A stretch of 64,000 nucleotides of DNA from positions 32,612,001 through 32,676,000 of the forward strand of contig CM119373.1 in the NCBI GenBank assembly GCA_051294905.1, given 5' to 3'. Of this stretch, positions 51,477 to 63,179 are shown piece after piece. Source of the DNA: Botryllus schlosseri. Its lineage: Eukaryota. The position numbers and the translations under genes are program-made. The notes below the pieces were generated by a model. That model was not told where the DNA came from. It worked only from the letters and a program-made list of their open reading frames with translations, and ran no database searches. Position 1 is the first letter of the stretch. Every line of letters starts with the position of its first letter.

Positions 51477-52296
51477 CAGACGTGGGCAACCTCTTTGCTA
51501 TTCAAGGCCACATTTCGTTTACTGATGTAGTCTACGGCCGCATTCCAGGACATGGCCGTAATGAACTAACTGGACGCCGAACACCCATGTTAAACTGTCC
51601 ATGTCCATTTCCGGGAACTCCGGACTAATCGATTCTTTTTATATCGACTTATTCTATGCACCGAATATGCACCGAAATATCGATTGGTCACGTTATGAAT
51701 AGTTAATGGAATCGTTATGTCAAATTTGACGAATCAATTTCGTCATTATTAATAGTACTTTCACATATTACTATCAGAAATTTATCCTTTCTCAGCCCAT
51801 GTGATCAGATTCACCGGTAAAGTGGATGGAGGAGGTGCTTTCAAAAATTTAGGGTAAGGTATAAATGATGATTGATCTTCGGGTGACCCAATTGGTATCG
51901 TAACGGTCCAAAAGGGGTCCGCGAAGACAAAAAGGTTGAGAACCACTGGTATAGTGGAAAGACATTGGAATCGCTCAAACGTACCAAAAGCAAATTTCCT
52001 ACGTGAGGAGCACACGAATCCAAGTTGATATTTGTATATGGGCGCATTATTTTCCTCTGCTGATCGCGTCTACTGCGGGGCTCAGATTGCCAAGGGCGCT
52101 ACTATATTAAAATGAAAAAAAATGAAGTCACATTTAATATCGCGCAGTGCGAAGAAAATTTAAAGATTAATTATAATGTCTCGAAAATTCGACAGTCAAT
52201 TGCATGTCGACGGCCGCCAACACATACTGATTGAATTAGCCTACGTGCCGACGGCCGCAGTAATTCCCTTCTACGTCCGCAGGTTGCCCACCCCTG
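51477..52296. mobile_element. hAT MITE
   Basis: Ends cagacgtgggcaacc / ggttgcccacccctg; perfect TSD ttctagac. Confidence 0.88.
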
Positions 52297-52769
52297 TTCT
52301 AGACGGTAACCAACAATGACTACGTTGACCACCTCTGGGGATAGTAGCCTATTAACGATCTTGTTACTGCGGTTGAGCTGCTCCTGCTCCACTGTTTTGT
52401 TTCGTCAGGAGGGCAGGTTCTCCCATAAGATGCTTCCGATGTGTTCAGTGATGTTGTATTATGGCAGCACGTCAGCATCCAACAATTAGGCTCTACAACA
52501 GACAAATAGTACTACTTGACCTAACAAATACTTTACTACAACATAAATTCCTGCATATGAAGTAGAGGGATTGGTTTAAGTACATATGACCAGAGTTTAA
52601 TAACGTAATACGACTACGTTACCAACGGATTTCTGCGTAATTCTGACAATATCATTCTAAATCCTTTGTGCAGGATTGACATCTAGTATTGGTAAATCTG
52701 TGATAAGTTCTACAACAAATTTCCGAAACGTGTACAAGTACAACCAGAAATCCACAGTACACTATACAT

Positions 52770-53805
52770 CAGGGTCACCAACCCGGTGCCCGCGAGGACT
52801 AGATGAGTAGCCCGCGAGCCCGTTCTAAAAAAGGTGGAATAGCTGCATTTACTATTCGTCAGATTAGTGATCTTTTAAATATATAGATTGATTGATTCAG
52901 CTATTCTTGTTTCAAATACACTAACATGTAACTTACATACATAAACACTTAAAAATATCCTCAATTACAATTAGTAATATATAGATGTGTGTGATAGAAT
53001 CACCGGCAGAAATTGAAGATACGCCGCATTGCCTATACAGGCGACATGACGGAATGTCATTCACGATCTTCTTGAAATGGCGGGGGGTTCCGTTATGATA
53101 GCTCGACGTCCAGGACAATGCCAAAGTAGTGAACAATATTACTATTCGGAGTTAGATGGCCGTCAAGTACTAGCAGATTTTGAATATCTGTATACCCATT
53201 AGGTATTGCATCTTTTGACACAGCTTGTTTCTGTTACACTCAACGCAGTTTAGTATACCAGGTTTCTAACTTTATGTAATCGTTGCCGCTGTCCGATATA
53301 ATGAAATCTTGTCATTTCTGGATGCTGAACAGTTAGAGATTGAAATTGCAACACTGCAAAATGACCCCCACCTCAGTCTGCAGCAAACGTTTGGTGCCTT
53401 GTTGACACGGTAAAGTACAGTGGTGTATGCGCAGCAGCTATGAAGGTTGCAAGCGTCTATGGTTCAACTTATCGTTGTGAATCAGCCTTTTCGGACATGA
53501 ACTTCATCAAAAACAAACACAAAACACGCTTAATCAATGCACATCTGGAACACTCACTCAGAATTGCAGTGTCAAGTTACATACCAGAGTACAGCGCACT
53601 AGTTGATATCATACAATGTCAGGCTTCCCACTGACTGCTATAGAAACAGATAACATGATGTCCACTGTCCAGTCCTGCCCAGTGTTATGAATATCAAAGC
53701 GGAAATACAGTAAGGTACGGGTAAACGGCGGGAGTAAATAGTAGCCCGCCGCTTCAATCGTTACGCAAAAGTAGCCCTTGGTTGCAAAAAGGTTGGTGAC
53801 CCCTG
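52770..53805 (+). mobile_element. Internally deleted hAT (Buster/Charlie/SPIN-type) with a transposase dimerisation-domain remnant
   Basis: Ends cagggtcaccaacc / ggttggtgacccctg; perfect TSD ctatacat. Residues 53440-53634 encode YGSTYRCESAFSDMNFIKNKHKTRLINAHLEHSLRIAVS...CQASH*. Confidence 0.92.
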
Positions 53806-53964
53806 CTATACATTATTTAGCACTGAAGCAGGTACACGAGAAAGTAGCGTGCTAACCAATTTCTGTTTGCTATGCGCTATGGGACACGTGATCAAAGTCC
53901 TGCAAATACCCTGTTGGGATGTGTATGTGTAAATATTCATAATATATTTCACGATTTGCTTTAG

Positions 53965-56900
53965 ATGTGGATGAATGTTCTAAAGGACTTCGTGCATGTC
54001 CCTACAACGCAACTTGTCGTAACAACGACGGCTCTTTTATTTGCGAGTGTGATATTGGTTATACCGGAGATGGCATAACGTGTACCGACATTGACGAATG
54101 CGGGGAAGAGTTTCACGAATGCCATTTCAATGCAACATGTTCAAATGATCAAGGTTCTTACATCTGTGAATGCGACAGTGGCTATTCTGGAAATGGGAAA
54201 TCTTGTACAGGTCTCATAAATGACCATTAAATTTTACATGTAATATATTTTCATTGCGTATCCGTATTTGTTAGATATCAATGAATGTTTCAACAATATA
54301 CATAATTGTCATTCGAATGCCTCCTGCATCAACGAAGATGGATTTTTCGTTTGTCGATGTAACCTCGGATTCACCGGAACTGGAGAATTGTGTGATGGTA
54401 AATTTTTCAAGACGTCGACGTTTTTTCATAACAAACCAACAAAATATTGGTCAATGTTTTGTTTTAATGTATTTAATGGAATCTGTGGTATTTGAATGTC
54501 TGAATATTTAGCATATATTTCTCGACTTCTTTTAGATGTAGACGAATGTTCTGAAGGACTTCATCCATGTCACTACAACGCAGCTTGTCGGAACAACGGC
54601 GGCTCTTTTATTTGCGAGTGTGATATTGGTTATACCGGAGATGGCATATCGTGTACCGACATTGACGAATGCGTGGAAGAGTTTCACGAATGCCATTTCA
54701 ATGCAACATGTTCCAATGATGAAGGTTCTTACATCTGTGAATGCGACAGTGGATATTCTGGAAATGGGAAATCTTGTACAGGTCTCATAAATGACCATTA
54801 AATTTTACATGGAATATATTTTCATTTCGTATCCGTATTTGTTAAGATATCAATGAATGTTCCAACAATATACATAATTGTCATTCGAATGCCTCATGCA
54901 TAAATGAAGATGGATTTTTCGTTTGTCGATGTAACCGCGGATTCACCGGAAATGGGGATTCGTGTGACGGTAAATTGTTCAAGACATCGACGGTTTTTTC
55001 GAACCAAACCAACAAAATCTTAATATTTTTTATATGTATTTAATGGAATACTTGGAATTTCAATGTCTGAAATTCAGACTCTCAATATCCACCATATACT
55101 TCTCGACTTCTTTTAGATGTAGACGAATGTTCTGAAGTACTTCATACATGCCACTACAACGCAACTTGTAGCAACTACGACGGCTCTTTCAGTTGCGAGT
55201 GCGATACTGGTTATGCCGGGGATGGTAAATCGTGTACCGACATTGACGAATGCGTGGAAGAATTTCACGATTGCCATTTCAATGCAACATGTTCCAATGA
55301 TGAAGGTTCTTACATCTGTGAATGCGACGATGGCTATTCTGGAAATGGGAAATCTTGTACAGGTCTCCTGAACCACCATTGTCGTATTTGTTCTATATAT
55401 TTCATTGCGTATCCTGATTTCATCAGATGTCAATGAATGTTCCAATAATTTTCACAATTGCCATTCGAATGCCACATGCATCAACGAAGATGGATTTTTC
55501 GTTTGTCGATGTAACCTCGGATTCACCGGAACTGGAGAATTGTGTGATGGTAAATTACCCAAAACGTCAACGGTTTCTTCGAACCAAACCAACAAAATAT
55601 TATTATGATTTAAATGTATTTAATGGAATACTTGGTGTTTCAATGTCTGAAATTCAGACTCTTAATGTTCACCATATACCTCTCGACTTCTTTTAGATGT
55701 AGACGAATGTTCTGAAGGACTTCATACATGCCACTACAACGCAACTTGTAGCAACAACGACGGCTCTTTCAGTTGCGAGTGCGATACTGGTTATGCCGGG
55801 GATGGTGAATCGTGTACCGACATTGACGAATGCGTGGAAGAGTTTCACGATTGTCATTTCAATGCAACATGTTCCAATGATGAAGGATCTTACGTCTGTG
55901 AATGCGACAGTGGCTATTCTGGAAATGGGAAATCTTGTACAGGTATCATAAATGACCATTAAATTACATGGAATATATATTCATTCCGTATCCGTATTTG
56001 TTCAGATATCAATGAATGTTCCAACAATATACATAATTGTCATTCGAATGCCTCCTGCATCAACGAAGATGGATTTTTCGTTTGTCGATGTGACCTCGGA
56101 TTCACCGGAACGGGAGAATTGTGTGATGGTAAATTTTTCAAGACATCGACGTTTTTTCATAACAAACCAACAGAATATTGTTGAATGTTTAGTTTTAAAA
56201 TATTTAATGGAATCTGTGGTATTTGAATGTCTGAATATTTAGTATATATCTCTCGACTTCTTCTAGATGTAGACGAATGTTCTGAAGGACTTCATACATG
56301 CCACTACAACGCAACTTGCAGCAACAACGACAGCTCTTTCAGTTGCGAGTGCGATACTGGTTATGCCGGGGATGGTAAATCGTGTACCGACATTGACGAA
56401 TGCGTAGAAAAGTTTCACGATTGCCATTTCAATGCAACATGTTCCAATGATGAAGGTTCTTACATCTGTGAATGCGACGATGGCTATTCTGGAAATGGGC
56501 AATCTTGTACAGGTCTCACAAATCACCATTGTCGTATTTGTTCTATATATTTCATTGCGTATCCCGATTTCATTAGATGTCAATGAATGTTCCAATAAAT
56601 TACACAATTGCCATTCGAATGCCACCTGCATCAATGACGATGGAGTTTTCGTTTGTCGATGTAACCTCGGATTTACCGGAAATGGAGAATTGTGTGATGG
56701 TAAATTATCCAAGAAGTAGACTGATTTTTCGAACCGAACCAACAAAATATTAATATTATTTAAATATATTTAATGGAATACTTGGTATTTCAATGTCTGA
56801 AATTCAGACTCCTAATATTCATCATATGCTTCTCGACTTCTTTTAGATGTAGACGAATGTTCTGAAGGACTTCATACATGCCACTACAGCGCAACTTGTA

Positions 56901-59407
56901 GCAACAACGACGGCTCTTTCAGTTGCGAGTGCGATACTGGTTATGCCGGGGATGGTAAATCGTGTACCGACATTGACGAATGCGTGGAAGAATTTCACGA
57001 TTGCCATTTCAATGCATCATGTTCCAATGATGAAGGTTCTTACATCTGTGAATGCGACGGTGGCTATTCTGGAAATGGGAAATCTTGTACAGGTCTCCTA
57101 AACCACCATTGTCGTATTTGTTCTATATATTTCATTGCGTATCCTGATTTCATCAGATGTCAATGAATGTTCCAATAATTTACACAATTGCCATTCGAAT
57201 GCCACTTGCATCAATGACAATGGATTTTTCGTTTGTCGATGTAACCTCGGATTCACCGGAAATGGAGAATTGTGTGATGGTAAATTAACCAAGACGTTAA
57301 CGGTTACTTCGAACCAAACCAACAAAATATTAATATTATATAAATGTATTTATTGGAATACTTGGTATTTCAATGTCTGAAATTCAGATTCTTAATATTC
57401 ACCATATACTCTTCGACTTCTTTTAGATGTACACGAATGTTCTGAAGGACTTCATACATGCCACTACAACGCAACTTGTAGCAACAACGACGGCTCTTTC
57501 AGTTGCGAGTGCGATACTGGTTATGCCGGGGATGGTAAATCGTGTACCGATATTGACGAATGCGTGGAAGAGTTTCGCGATTGCCATTTCAATGCAACAT
57601 GTTCCAATAATGAAGGCTCTTACATCTGTGAATGCGACGGTGGCTATTCTGGAAATGGGAAATCTTGTACAGGTCACATAAATCACCATTAAATTACATG
57701 GAATATATTTTCATTGCATATCCGTATTTGTTCAGATATCGATGAATGTTCCAACAATATGCATAATTGTCATTCGAATGCCTCCTGCATCAACGAAGAT
57801 GGATTTTTCGTTTGTCGATGTAACTTCGGATTCACCGGAAATGGAGAATTGTGTGATGGTAAATTATCCAAGACGTTAACGGTTACTTCGAACCAAACCA
57901 ACAAAATATTAATAATATTTAAATGTATTTAATGGAATAGGCCTACTTGGTATTTCAATGTCTGAAATTCAGACTCTTAATATTCACCATATACTTCTCG
58001 ACTTCTTTTAGATGTAGACGAATGTTCTGAAGGACTTCATACATGCCACTACAACGCAACTTGTAGCAACAACGACGGCTCTTTCAGTTGCGAGTGTGAT
58101 ACTGGTTATGCCGGGGATGGTAAATCGTGTACCGACATTGACGAATGCGTGGAAGAGTTTCAGGATTGCCATTTCAATGCAACATGTTCCAATGATGAAG
58201 GTTCTTACATCTGTGAATGCGACGGTGGATATTCTGGAAATGGGAAATCGTGTACAGGTCTCATAAATCACCATTGTCGTATTTGTTCTATGTATTTCAT
58301 TGCGTATCCTGATTTCATCAGATGTCAATGAATGTTCCAATAATTTACACAACTGCCATTCGAATGCCACCTGCATCAATGACGATGGATTTTTCGTTTG
58401 TCGATGTAACCTCGGATTCACCGGAAATGGAGAATTGTGTGATGGTAAATTATCCAAGACGTAGACTGTTTTTTCGAACCGAACCAACAAAATAATAATA
58501 TTATTTAAATATATTTAAATGGAATACTTGGTATTTCAATGTCTGAAATTCAGACTCTTAATATTCACCATATACTTCTCGACGTCTTTTAGATGTGGAC
58601 GAATGTTCTGAAGGACTTCAAACATGCCACTACAACGCAACTTGTAGCAACAACGACGGCTCTTTCAGTTGCGAGTGTGATACTGGTTATGCCGGGGATG
58701 GTATATCGTGTACCGATATTGACGAATGCGTGGAAGAGTTTCACGATTGCCATTTCAATGCAACATGTTCCAATGATGAAGGTTCTTACATATGTGAATG
58801 CGACGTAGGCTATTCTGGAAATGGGAAATCTTGTACAGGTCTCATAAATCACCATTAAATTACATGGAATATATTTTCATCGCGTATCCGATTTGTTCAG
58901 ATATCAATGAATGTTCCAACAATATACATAATTGTCATTCGAATGCCTCCTGCATCAACGAAGATGGATTTTTCGTTTGTCGATGTAACCTCGGATTCAC
59001 CGGAAATGGAGATTTGTGTGATGGTAAATTTTTCAATACATCGACTTTTTTTCATAACAAACCAACAAAATATTGTTCAATGTTTTGTTTTAATGTGTTT
59101 AATGGAATCTGTGGTATTCGAATGTCTGAATATTTAGTATGTATTTCACGACTTCCTTTAGATGTAGACGAATGTTCTGAAGGATTTCATACATGCCACT
59201 ACAACGCAACTTGCAGCAACAACGATGGCTCTTTCAGTTGCGAGTGCGATACTGGTTATGCCGGGGACGGTAAATCGTGTACTGACATTGACGAATGCGT
59301 GGATGATTTTCACGATTGCCACTTCAATGCAACATGTTCTAATGAGGATGGGTCTTACATTTGCGAATGCGACAGTGGCTTTTCGGGAAATGGGAAATCT
59401 TGTGCAG
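53965..59407 (+). CDS. cbEGF array 3: 10 double-EGF and 9 single-EGF exons (29 modules)
   Basis: Double (246 nt) starts 53965,54536,55117,55697,56267,56847,57427,58012,58593,59162. Single (123 nt) starts 54275,54847,55427,56006,56577,57157,57736,58322,58901. Introns are 62-65 and 138-153 nt, all GT-AG; frames are open. Confidence 0.93.
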
Positions 59408-59438
59408 GTATCATTGATGTCCTTTTAAGTATATAGGA

Positions 59439-59969
59439 CAGTGGTCCCCAACCTGAGCGGAATTCTGCTGGGGAATAGACCCATTTGGTGAACCTTATAT
59501 AGTCTACATATTTACGGAGACAAACGAGCGGTTACCACTTCCAGTTATCTGGTCTGGAGAGGATGTATCGAAAATATATTGCGGGTTGTTAACAATAACT
59601 CATTTCAACTTCAACATGGATAACACATGATGTCGTCACATACGCATTCACCACGTCCAGTTTGACGTGATATAACGCTTTCGCCAATTTTTTAGGGTAA
59701 CCGGTATCGGTTCACAATACCTTCAATGTTGCAGTTATAGGCATTTGTCTTTCGTCATATGTCTTTCGTTCTTCTGTGGTTGAGTGTCTTGTGTACCAGG
59801 GCTTTCTTATGTAGTTGAGTGTCCTGTGTACTAGGACAAGCAAATAGCAGCTCTGTAATGACAGAAGTTAAAAGGAAATACCGTACGGCGTTAGTTTTGG
59901 GTAGTGGCGAATAAAGACTCGGAATAAAACTGAAGTGGGGATTGAACACCAAAGGGTTTGGAACCACTG
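59439..59969. mobile_element. hAT MITE inside the last ~64 nt-type array intron
   Basis: Ends cagtggtccccaacc / ggtttggaaccactg; TSD atatagga / atatagaa (7/8). Confidence 0.82.
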
Positions 59970-60009
59970 ATATAGAATATATACTTATTTCCGTACCATG
60001 ATTTATCAG

Positions 60010-60103
60010 ATATCACTGAATGTTTCAACAATATTAATATAATGGCCATTTCAACGCCACTTGCATCAATAACGATGGATTCTTTGTTTGTGTATGTTGT
60101 TGA
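60010..60103 (+). pseudogene. Degenerate single-EGF pseudo-exon at the array end
   Basis: gatttatcag|ATATCACTGAATGTTTCAACAAT... reads DITECFNN, then a frameshift, then GHFNATCINNDGFFVCVCC*. Cys2 is lost and no donor is recognisable. Confidence 0.8.
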
Positions 60104-60399
60104 AAATGATGGTGTTATAATGCTTGAGACATTGTTAGACTGTTTTAAATAATGTTGTCTGTTATGTCTGCTTCTGTACCCTTCGGTAGCACTCAATACG
60201 ACTGGTTGCTAGGCTTTGATTAACATAAAAGTAAGCTAGTGTATCCGAATACCATAGCAATAAACAGAGTTAACGTTGGTACAGCGAAAAGAAGCGACAC
60301 CACACCCAACTAGTACGAATGAAATGAATAGTCCCGCTGTGAAGGCCATCAGAAGCAATCAGTATAAACACCCACTAATGGTTAAAAGGAACTGAATCA

Positions 60400-62620
60400 C
60401 CTCACCACACCATGGTTTGAAGAGTTAATCCTTTGAAACCGGCTGTCTATAGTTGTACTGATCTTGGTACTTAAGAAAACCCGATCGAGGTTTTTCAAAA
60501 CCAAGCCTAGCGAGGTATGCTGCGGACTGACGTGAAAATTAAGCAATCTCTCGCCAATCAACATGTTAGCTATGTGCGGAGACTCAGCTATCGCTCGAAT
60601 GCTGGAATCAAGATGAGTACATCAATACTGCTTTTCTTAGCTTCTACTGTCTTACCAGCTTCCACTGTCTTACCGACAGTACTTGGAATCGGATTTGTGC
60701 AGTTTAGAACAAGGATCTATAATCCACCGCCGACACGCTGCTTGGAATGTAATATTTCGGACATAAAGCAAAATATTCCCGCGGAAGGAAGAGGTGCACG
60801 AAATGTGACAAAGACCACGCTTACGAAAACTGCAATAATCAGACCCAATTTTGTGTCAACTGCAAACTACCGCACTCTGCGGGTTACGAAGGATGTCCTA
60901 GATATAAAGAGGAGAGTACGATCCAGTCCATTATGGCAAATCCAAATTCGATTATTGGACAGCTCGACAAATGCGTCATAGAGTAAGGGATACAGTGGCG
61001 TGCAGCAACAAGTCACGACACAAGAAGGTCAAGCACGATATCCTACCACTGATACGGCATGGAGGCGAACAACAAAACTACCACGGAAATTCCGACAAAT
61101 ACACACGCTACACGCTTCAACTGATGGAAGTCATATTACAATCCCGACCAAAGCATTTTTCACTTTCACTGCCAAATTCATAAAAAATATATTATTCGCC
61201 CTCGAGGCTGGAAAGGAGTTATGCATTGAATTCATTGTTGAGGGATCCGCGGGAAACAATCTCGGTGCAATTATTCCTATACCAAGAGAAACCGAACAAG
61301 CTACTGTATTAGACTCATCTGTTGATACATCTGTTGATACCAGATACAAGTTTGTCAACCAGCGATAAAAAAAAAACTACGCAATCGTGAAAAGGGCAGA
61401 AAATGGGCTCCAAAGGATCATTCAGGTGAAAATAGTCAACATATGGAGACTGGTAATAAGTAATCAAGATGCCTTTATATTTCATCCAGTGGAATTGTAG
61501 AGGTATTTACAGAAAGTTGAACGAATTGAAATTTTTTTCAAGGGATTAGGTAACGAAACCAGACGTGATAGCCATTCAGGAAACTCATCTTGTTCCTAGA
61601 TACAACCCTACGATTCATGGCTATGTGCTGATCAGAAAGACCGAGACATTCATGTAGGCGGAGTTTGTTTATTTATAAAACGTCAACTACCATATATGGT
61701 GATACCCTTGGACGATGTGTCGCCGATTGAATCTCAAATTGTAGAGATCGGAGGAATCAGAAATATGAATTTATACATTCCTCCGAATAGACGCATATCA
61801 CGCTCTAACATGGAACGCTGCTTTATGCACCTTGATTCTAGCAGTATTGTTATTGGTGATACGAACGCTCACCAACCGCTGTGGGGAGAGCGAGGCGCAT
61901 CACACCGATTACATCTGGTTGGTTCGAAAAACCTGGTAGTCATAAATACGAGCGTGCCCACGCGTGTAACAATTTCTCATCCAACAATGGGTCAAGCATC
62001 ACTTTTGGACTTGTCATCTCGTGCAATCTGATGTAACGGACCACTTGTTCGGGAGCGACCACTATTTAGTACTCACGAAGCTAGCACATTATGAACACTC
62101 GACCGTAAGTCACTATAGCTCATGGTCGCTGAGAAAAGCATATTGGAAACAGTTTCAACATCATTGTTCAAGGAATCTGGAAAACATTGATCAAACCCAC
62201 CACTATTTGGCGGCGGAAAAGACGACCGAAGCTATCTTAAAGGCTTCTTGTTCTAATATCACTACCAGTAAACCGATTAATAGAAAACTGTCGGTTCCCT
62301 GGCGGAACAAAACGTGTGCCAGATACATGCGTGTCAAGCGAGCAGCATTGCAGAAAATGAAAAGAACGTTTCGAGAGAACGATGACGTAATTTTAAAAAA
62401 AAGAAACAGCAGAGAGAAAAGCAATCTTGGAAGCTAAACGGTCTTATTGGCAAGATTTTTGTGATTCAATAGCAATTCTAACATATCAAAAGTGTGGCGC
62501 GTAGTGAAATCCATGTCCGGATCACGTTCTTCGAACCAAATACATCATTTAAAAGCAGACGACAGGGTGATAACCGATGAAATTGACAGAGCAAACGAAT
62601 TGGCCAAGTAATTCTACAAT
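60400..62620 (+). mobile_element. Degenerate LINE (I-clade-like): ORF1 with zinc knuckles and the ORF2 APE endonuclease; RT absent
   Basis: ORF1 reads RIYNPPPTRCLEC / FGHKAKY..RCTKCDKDHAYENC...CVNCKLPHSAGYEGCP. ORF2 motifs are IQWNCRG, DVIAIQETHL, NLYIPP, IGDTNAHQPLWG, GSDH, WSLRKAYW and KVWRVVKSM. Multiple frameshifts; the 5' boundary is approximate. Confidence 0.88.
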
Positions 62621-63140
62621 GCTAGTAGTGATGGAAGTGGTATATATGATCGCTCGTGACCTGCAATTGGTTCTTATGGGCGGGGTGATGAACCCACCAT
62701 TGTTTCTTATGGGCGCGGTGATGATGCCACCCTTTCAGGTATAGGCTGTGGTGATGATATACCGTGAAAACTCGAGTTGGTGACCCCACCCTCTCAGTAT
62801 AGGCTGCGGTGATGACCTGCCATCGATTGTTTGGTAGTGAACTAACGTTGTGGGTATAGGCTGCGGTGATGATGTGCCTGTCATGTATTCTAACGGAGTC
62901 TTTGGTGATTCGCCATGTGTTCTTATGGATGCGGTCGTGAATCGTACTTTCTGGTATAGGCAACTCTCGCACGGTGTTGAAGAGGTATCAGGTATAGCAA
63001 ATAGTCACGTGATTGATTCATAGTTAATGTGTATATTACAAATTATTATATATGACCGATTCGAGTTAATCCTAACGTTTACGGTGAATGCGACTTCAAT
63101 ATATCGTTATTCTTATGGCCGCGGCGGTGATTCGTACTTT
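62621..63140. repeat. Second copy of the dispersed repeat found split at 6510-10540
   Basis: Shared blocks as listed for 6510-10540; tataggctgcggtgatga sub-repeats. Confidence 0.75.
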
Positions 63141-63179
63141 CGGGTATTGAATGAGGGTGGCATGTCGTACTTTCAGCAA

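Larger units (their letters stand above)
47790..53912. mobile_element. 6.1 kb composite element with ~65 bp imperfect TIRs, superfamily unassigned
   Basis: Left end aggctatttgcaggacttggatcacgtgacccgtagcgtatagcaaccaggaattggctagcac matches the reverse complement of the right end. Removing the interval restores a ~135 nt array-type intron. No clear TSD. Confidence 0.8.

Noticed and set aside
14165-58855. Recurrent minus-strand ORFs (MQMHVNDP..., MVIYETCTRFP...)
   Set aside because: These are antisense shadows of the repeated EGF exons. They recur only because the DNA repeats, and I see no independent motif.
12117-59407. Calling the gene fibrillin, Notch, LTBP or dumpy
   Set aside because: No TB/8-Cys, LNR or DPY modules are visible, and a CTL exon precedes the arrays, so no symbol is supportable.
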